Below, piece after piece: positions 58,101-64,000 of a stretch of 64,000 bases of DNA. Position 1 is the first letter of the stretch; each line of letters begins with the position of its first letter. This DNA is from Octopus bimaculoides (taxonomy: Eukaryota). Below the pieces are notes generated by a model. That model had not been told where the DNA came from, searched no databases, and worked only from the letters and a program-made list of their open reading frames with translations. A program made the position numbers and the translations under genes. Location of the stretch: positions 61,583,896-61,647,895 of the forward strand of contig NC_068993.1 of NCBI RefSeq assembly GCF_001194135.2, in the 5' to 3' direction.

Positions 58101-60183
58101 TTTCGATTCATCGAAACCCTTACACATCAAGGCATTTTACAGAAAGACATATAGTCGATTGAAAAGAGACATTGAATCGGGACTAGAATATAACTGGTTT
58201 CTGAACCATATTTTTATCATCGCAAGAAGGATGAAAAGCGAAATCCAATCCGGTGTAGCAATTTCGGATTACCCAACATTTAGCTCACCAGCCAGCAAAT
58301 TGAAACTCCATTCAGATTACCAGGGATTACTTTGAAATCGATTTCAAATTACCCCTTCACTACTCACATTGCCCTGCTTTCTCATTCCGCTAAAATGATA
58401 AACTCTAACGCTTACAGCCTATAACAGTTTTGATTGCATTGTTACAATCAAGATTATAAGATATTCTTAAAGTGTGAACATAACAAAAACTTTTGGATTT
58501 TAAACATACTCTAACATTTTTGTCATGGCTTTAAAATAAAGACTTTGACCATCAGAGATTGTAGATTTTAAATTTTTGTTTTGAAGAAAAACATTGTTAT
58601 TTTTCCTTAAACGGAAACAGATTTGGATTAGAGGATTTAAAACCGAAGCACTTTTTTTTCTTATCCATCTGTATCGTATTTAAAGTAAGTACAGTAACAC
58701 CTCATTTTACGAAGACATACTTTACGAGCCGCAGAGTTTAAGAGTTCTATTTTTCAAGCACAAGATCCAAATTCGGTTTTGTTGGTTGGAGGAATATCTT
58801 TTAGCAACAATTAACTTCATGGATAAATTCGTTTGTCTTAAAAAAAAAATGTGTTTTTATACTTTTGAAGAATTTTAGACGAACGAATCGACCGAGGCCT
58901 TTACTTTTAAGCGTCGTACTTATTTTATCGATCTCTTTTGCCGAACCTCTAAGTTACGGGGACATAGCAAACCAATGCCGGTTGTCAAGTAGTGGTGGGG
59001 GACAAACACAGACACAAAAACTCACACACTCACACATACGACGGGTTTCTTTGAGTTTCCGTCTTCCAAGTCCACTCAAAAGGCTTTGGTCGGCCCAAGG
59101 CTATAGTAGAAGACACTTGCTCAAGGTGCCACAGAGTGGGACTGAATTCTGGACCACTCGCTTGAGAAGCACGCTTCTTACCACGCAACTACGCCTGTGC
59201 CTATCCGTTTATAAATCCAATAATTTGTCATATTTTAAGATTAGCTCATAGTCTTGAATGTTACACGTGTGCAATGCGATAAACATATTATGCGTTGCAG
59301 ATGTTAACATTTCTTATTTTAGCTAAACCAAAAAAGGCGGGGGTATAATGGGAGTAGTGCAGGGGCAATTTGACATCGATTGTAGATTGCCGGGATGTAA
59401 ATTGGTGGGGGAACTTGAAGTCTTTACACCGGCGGACGTGAATACTGTACGTAAAGAGGCAGAGGAAAACAAATCATTTTCTAGGTTTTACTATTCCCGG
59501 AACATTCAAAAATAATATATAACGTGTAATTTCATGGATGATTAAGTGACAAAGACGGTTAACATTTAAGTAAGTTACACGTTTTATGATACAATGAATG
59601 TCATATCTAAAATGAAAATGACAAAACAACATAGGTTTTCTAACATGCTTGTCATGTATATTCCTGATGACGTTAACAATACAGAACTGTTCAGTAAGTG
59701 AGACCAATATAGTATAACATTAATTAAAAGACGAGATCCTTGTGTAAGCCATTTGTTTAATTTTCTTTTCTTTTTACAGATTAGCGAGCATCGCTGCTAT
59801 GCTGTAATATTTAATGTAAATATGTTACAAATACATGATGTAATTGGAAACCCTACAATCCTATGAAATTTGGTACCATATTCGTTTCCTTGTTATTTAT
59901 GTTTTTAAAACGAGGTATTCAGTAGTGAAAAAGAAATATGGTAATGAAACTATAAGCAGATGTTGAAAAATAGTTACTTAAAACATTAAGATAAAATTGC
60001 AGCAGAATTTAATATTATGGCATTATGTAACACTTTAAAAATATATAAACTAAGATACGTGTGAATAAACTAAGGAAAATGCTGTGAAAGAAAAAGAAAA
60101 GAAAAGAAACTATTCAGACCTTTGAGTTCCTGAGCAACAAGTTGCTCGTTTTCTTTTATCTGATTACTTGACTTTTTCTCCAT
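44157..60183 (-). CDS. SLC22/Orct-like organic ion transporter, paralogue G4 (9 coding exons, about 553 aa)
   Basis: Exons in transcript order 60183-60120, 58015-57642, 53183-53080, 52347-52193, 50221-50050, 48507-48247, 47337-47123, 45920-45812, 44364-44157. GT-AG introns; 1662 nt in frame. Motifs FDLAC, GILSDKFGR, YLPESPRW, ELFPTEVR, VPETK. Confidence 0.93.
44598..44811 (+). mobile_element. SINE family A in G4 intron 8 with a TSD
   Basis: AATATTTCCAAAGAGATG (44578-44595) versus AATATTTCCAGAGATG (44812-44827). Confidence 0.88.
44850..45475 (+). mobile_element. R4/Dong-like non-LTR 3' fragment with (ATAC)n-containing tail, G4 intron 8
   Basis: 45118-45279 reads IIGALGYVALCLNHNLEELVFSRPERRKLIGRLQNQVITGTVKICKAFQKFII-stop, a REL-type C-terminal pattern. 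The left boundary is approximate. Confidence 0.65.
47490..48086 (-). mobile_element. Nest of about four co-oriented SINE family A pieces in G4 intron 6
   Basis: Repeated GGCAAAGTCGACCTCGGCGGAATTTGAACTC-type cores at about 47550, 47745 and 47985, plus an alternative-tail piece at 47830-47940. Confidence 0.85.
48868..49312. mobile_element. pogo/Tigger-type MITE in G4 intron 5
   Basis: 23-bp TIRs CAGGTCGTCGTCGACTTACGACC and GGTCGTAAGTCGACGACGTCTTG (2 mismatches); TA on both sides; no ORF. Confidence 0.8.
50305..50435 (+). mobile_element. Third tRNA/CORE-type SINE family, 5' part running into (CA)n and a gap
   Basis: GGCATGACTGTGTGG..GGGTTCAGTCTCACTGCATGGCACCTTGAGCAAG..GATTTGGTAGACGGAAACTGA; homologous to 58900-59210. 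Confidence 0.75.
51615..51900 (-). mobile_element. CORE-type tRNA-derived SINE (head related to the 33798 copy, different body)
   Basis: Minus-strand head with GGTCGTAACTTCGTTTCC..GTGTTGTGGCCTTAAGCCAGATACTTTACTTTAC..CAACTCAGCTGG. Confidence 0.65.
53536..53890 (-). mobile_element. Penelope-like GIY-YIG endonuclease fragment in G4 intron 2
   Basis: CNCR..DGRC..VYKCTVH..NYYIGSTINFKQRYSAH across two frames; same type as the 2352 fragment. Confidence 0.75.
55814..56204. repeat. Long inverted repeat (arms 55814-56001 and 56022-56204), probably two inverted pLTR-like copies
   Basis: The arms are reverse complements with scattered mismatches; the ORF track shows near-identical peptides on opposite strands (MPDKHTH.. 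and MPNKHTH..). Confidence 0.95.
58900..59210 (-). mobile_element. Third SINE family copy in G4 intron 1
   Basis: Reverse complement of GGTTC..AGTCCCACTCTGTGGCACCTTGAGCAAGTGTCTTCTACTATAGCCTTGGGCCGACCAAAGCC; a further fragment lies at 61455-61570. Confidence 0.78.
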
Positions 60184-60488
60184 GTTACGGATAGTAGTTT
60201 TGCTGTCAGTAACCTCACTATACAGCGTCACCAAGAGGAATGTCTATGAAAATAGCATGCAGTATCTAATAACGTATGACTTAGGTACGTAAAATGTTAA
60301 TGTATGTATACACTCACGCACATACATATACATATATATATAGTGAAAGGTCCGTCGGTCAACTGCTTCTCTCTTTTTTCAGCTCATCAGTTACAAAAAA
60401 AGAGTTTGTTCACATAATGATGCAGTCAGTGTGGCTTCGTGGCTTCCTAATACTATGATAAATTTGTCATTGCTTCCGGTGTATGCTG

Positions 60489-60578
<90 letters not shown>

Positions 60579-61830
60579 ATATATACATACATACATACAT
60601 ATATGTATGTACGTATGTGTACAAATGTACATACATAAATGTATATATACACATATATAAAATGTACACACATACACGTGTATATATATGTATATATATA
60701 TATATATATGTACTTGTGTGTGTGTGTGTGTGTGTGCTCGCGTGTATTAGAATATATAAATTTCCGTTAAAGCTTTTAGATTGTGGTAACCTTATCTCAA
60801 ATTATGTAAATTATCCGCAATATTTATTGAGTAATTTTTAAATAAGTCTTTTTTCAGTAAATAACTATCATTATACGAATAGAAATTATAAATCTACCTA
60901 ATATGTATGATATGTGGCAAATTGATTGTGGTGGTGGGAGGAGACATGAAAACGAGGAAAAGATCAACGTAGATCGCAATCTGACTCAAAACTCTAATGT
61001 TGAAAAAGATTCATCTTTATAATAGATCCTTTGGCCCAAAGTTGGAACTAGAGACAATTTGGATTCACTAACATCCGGAAGCGCAAGCTAAGAAAGCATT
61101 AATTAATCTCTCCATATATCAAACTAACTACTCAATGTTGAATGTAACAAAGAAACAGACATGCACAAGAAAAATGTTCAAGAAACAAAGAAAAACACAG
61201 GAAATTTCTAAAAGGTATTATAGTTGCTTTTAATAATTTCATTCTTTGTAATTTAGATGACCCAAATGAATGAAGGTGGAATTTGTCCTTTAAAATCAGA
61301 ATTTAATTTCTGATATCCATGAAGAGTTTCTACAATTTCATTAGTGCCGTAATCATTTTAATTATTGTTTCGTATTTGCCATACCGGTTTCTCTCTTAGT
61401 TTTTGAATATTTCTTCCGATGGCGACGAACTAGCAAAATCGTTAGCACGCTGGCCTTTGGTCGGATCGAGGCTATAGTAGAAGACACTTTGCCCACGGTA
61501 TCACGCATTGGAACTGAATCTGGAATCATGTCGTTGGAAAGTAAGCTTCTTATTACACACGTCTGTACCTGTATATATATATATATATATATATNNNNNN
61601 NNNNNNNNNNNNNNNNNNNNNNNNNNNNNNNNNNNNNNNNNNNNNNNNNNNNNNNNNNNNNNNNNNNNNNNNNNNNNNNNNNNNNNNNNNNNNNNNNNNN
61701 NNNNNNNNNNNNNNNNNNNNNNNNNNNNNNNNNNNNNNNNNNNNNNNNNNNNNNNNNNNNNNNNNNNNNNNATATATAGGTGCAGAAACTATATATTTCG
61801 AAGGGAATTTGGCAGCGCCACCTCTAGCCG

Positions 61831-61891
61831 AACAATTATTCTGTGCTGATGAAGGGAAATAACCCAGAAATCGTGATACACAGATATTGTT
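61831..61891 (+). ncRNA. Type I hammerhead-ribozyme-like motif
   Basis: Stem I AACAA-T-TA-T-TCTGTG / CACAGA-TA-TTGTT; core CTGATGA; stem II GGG-AAATAA-CCC; GAAA; stem III T-CGTG-A; cleavage triplet AUA. Confidence 0.55.
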
Positions 61892-62224
61892 TTGGGCTGA
61901 GTTGGGGTGCTAGATTCCCTTGTTCGAAAATATAAGGATACAGATCGTGTCGTATGGCCAGCTGGAGACAATGTCTCCTGGGGCTAAATTACAGCAACAT
62001 TCGTCCTAAACCAGGACTGCCATGTTATGTTGGTAAACAATCTTTACTCAGTACTTATTTTTTCTTAAATCCGGTACTTATTCTATAGGAGACGTAAACA
62101 AAATCAACACCGGTTGTCAAGCAGTTGTAGGGATAAATACAAAGTCAAACACACGCACGCACATACATACTTTTATACACCCACACATACCCATTTATCT
62201 ACCTATCTATCTGTCTATATTTAT

Positions 62225-62273
<49 letters not shown>

Positions 62274-62276
<3 letters not shown>

Positions 62277-62429
62277 TGTACGATAGGATACAAATAGGAC
62301 GATATTTATTTCGAACGCAGAATTGCTGTTAGAATAGCAGAGATACTGGGTAATTTACCTAGTATGTCTGGTGTTCTTACGGCAATTCTGCGTTCGAAAA
62401 AAATATCATTTTATTAGTGTCGTACAATG
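62274..62429. repeat. Palindromic fold-back element, about 155 bp
   Basis: 53-bp arms 62301-62353 and 62355-62407 (about 7 mismatches) inside 10-bp terminal inverted repeats CATTGTACGA / TCGTACAATG. Confidence 0.9.
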
Positions 62430-63911
62430 CACGTTTCGACGCTTATAAACCGCAAATGTTAGTTTGTGTGTGTGTATATATATATCCGGGATGACATTTA
62501 CGACACTGTTACTAAACGCCTCATTTGATTTAAATGAGTCCAACGCAGGTAGCTGTTGCATATACATTCATCTGGTTAGTAGTCTATGCAACTTTATTCG
62601 TGGTTTGAAGCAAAGTAAGGCTTGTAAGTTTAGCTAGCTTTAAGTTTGTTGGAGGACTATAGTTTTTGAGAGCAAAGCATGCGAAAGAAACATTTTGAAA
62701 CAAAATATGACTAAAAACTGTTATAACCTTTGTCCGTGTCAACAGCTGTAAAGTAACAATACTCACTTCTTCGATCTGATCCACTGTCGAGGTTTAAGAT
62801 GATGGCTCACACTTAGTTGGGATATGTTCCCAACTAAGTGTGAGCCTCTGCTCTCCGTTAAGTTTTACATTATTATTGACGCAGAGATTTTGCGTACTCT
62901 TGCCTCTGATCGTGTACCTGGTTATGTGTACGCAGAACGGCATGGCTCTATTGAATTTACGCCACTCTATCGCCAAAATAATTCTGTAAGCTATGTTACC
63001 ATCTTAAAAATCTCACGCTTCTTGTATTTTTTGCGTACATACTTCTAAAAACATCTGTAAAATGTTCATTCTCGATATCAAAACACGACGCCACATGCAA
63101 GACATTCTCTAAGATTTTAAACCTTCACAGAATCTTAAATCTTACTCTACAAGAATCTTTGTGAATGCAACAGTGATTTCTGTAGCCAAAAGGCGTGTGG
63201 TTCGCAATTTGTCAACTGCCGTGCGTAATATTACATTATGTCCAACGCCAAGAACACCTATGTGTCCAGGCGACCTACAAGAAATAGCAGCCATGTTTCC
63301 CTCTTGTTTTACTCTTCTATCTCAGCAAAAAGGACAAGAAAATATTGGATAATGTTCTTCAGGATTACCTACACTCAAATGAAGAAATGATTGCCGGTTG
63401 TTATATCTTCGGTTATACCCTCATCACCACCCTCACCATCACCCTCACTACCACCACCACCACCGACGACGACAACAACAATAACAACAACAACAACACT
63501 AGTAAACAATCACCTTCGTTACCATGTAACTAACGACTGACAGAGAGTCAAATATTTCGAAGATATACTCAACTATGAAGCACACAGGTAATTTATGACA
63601 CTGAAAATATTTGAGAACATAAATCAAATCGAGTTCTTATATTCCACTGTCTTGGCGCCCGTTCCATTCGAAAGGATTCTGTTACAGAACTTAATCGCTT
63701 CCCAATGTTGCCAGTCAGCTCGTCGTATATTTATTCCTTTATTGAAAGTCTGAGATTTGTACATTTGTAATAATAAAAAATAAATGTAATGAATAATTAG
63801 CAAATATCTAAACTAAAGCAATATATTGACGTAAATGTGATATTAAATGTTTCGACATTTCACGTTTGTTTACATTAAACTTGAAAATGCCGCAAAAGAT
63901 TTTCTACAAAT

Positions 63912-64000
63912 CTACAAATTATCCATATCTTCAAGTGTTTGAAGTAAACAAGCATCCTTCGTTTCAGGAAGTAAAAGGACCAGCAAACCAGCAACAATTC
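63912..64000 (-). CDS. SLC22/Orct-like paralogue G5, 3' part of the last coding exon (gene continues beyond the window)
   Basis: The minus strand reads GIVAGLLVLLLPETKDACLLQTLEDMDNL-stop, homologous to the last exon of G1-G4. Confidence 0.9.
   Translation of the reverse strand, partial: IVAGLLVLLLPETKDACLLQTLEDMDNL

Noticed and set aside
58331-58348. 18-bp perfect palindrome TTTGAAATCGATTTCAAA
   Set aside because: AT-rich and isolated; plausible by chance or as repeat debris.
59744-59779. Plus-strand GTAAG..polypyrimidine..ACAG mini-intron-like insertion absent from the G3 homologous intron
   Set aside because: Removing it does not restore the G3 sequence exactly; an indel between AGAT microhomologies explains it more simply.

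Overview
AT-rich, microsatellite- and gap-rich animal genomic DNA, probably from an octopod cephalopod (inferred from the abundant octopus-type tRNA-derived SINEs). The window holds a tandem cluster of five SLC22/Orct-like MFS transporter paralogues. G1 (+, 4362-13005), G2 (+, 15039-23883), G3 (-, 28204-36830) and G4 (-, 44157-60183) each have 9 coding exons and an intact spliced frame of about 552-562 aa. Only the last exon of G5 (-, 63912 to the window end) is present. Introns and spacers are filled with SINEs and decayed mariner, pogo, putative Sola, RTE, R4/Dong-like and Penelope-like fragments. The most interesting signals are: (i) paralogue-specific charge and aromatic switches at predicted substrate-pocket positions, plus a family-wide TM4 Arg-to-Tyr/Glu change; (ii) an apparent gene-conversion tract in exon 7 of G1/G2; (iii) several minimal hammerhead-ribozyme-like motifs, two of them in the arms of a 390-bp intronic inverted repeat; (iv) a non-LTR family that repeatedly ends in or sits inside (TACA)n. 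All gene models, alignments and folds were derived by eye. Repeat boundaries are approximate and nothing was database-searched. Most long ORFs in the supplied track are microsatellite or N-run artefacts.
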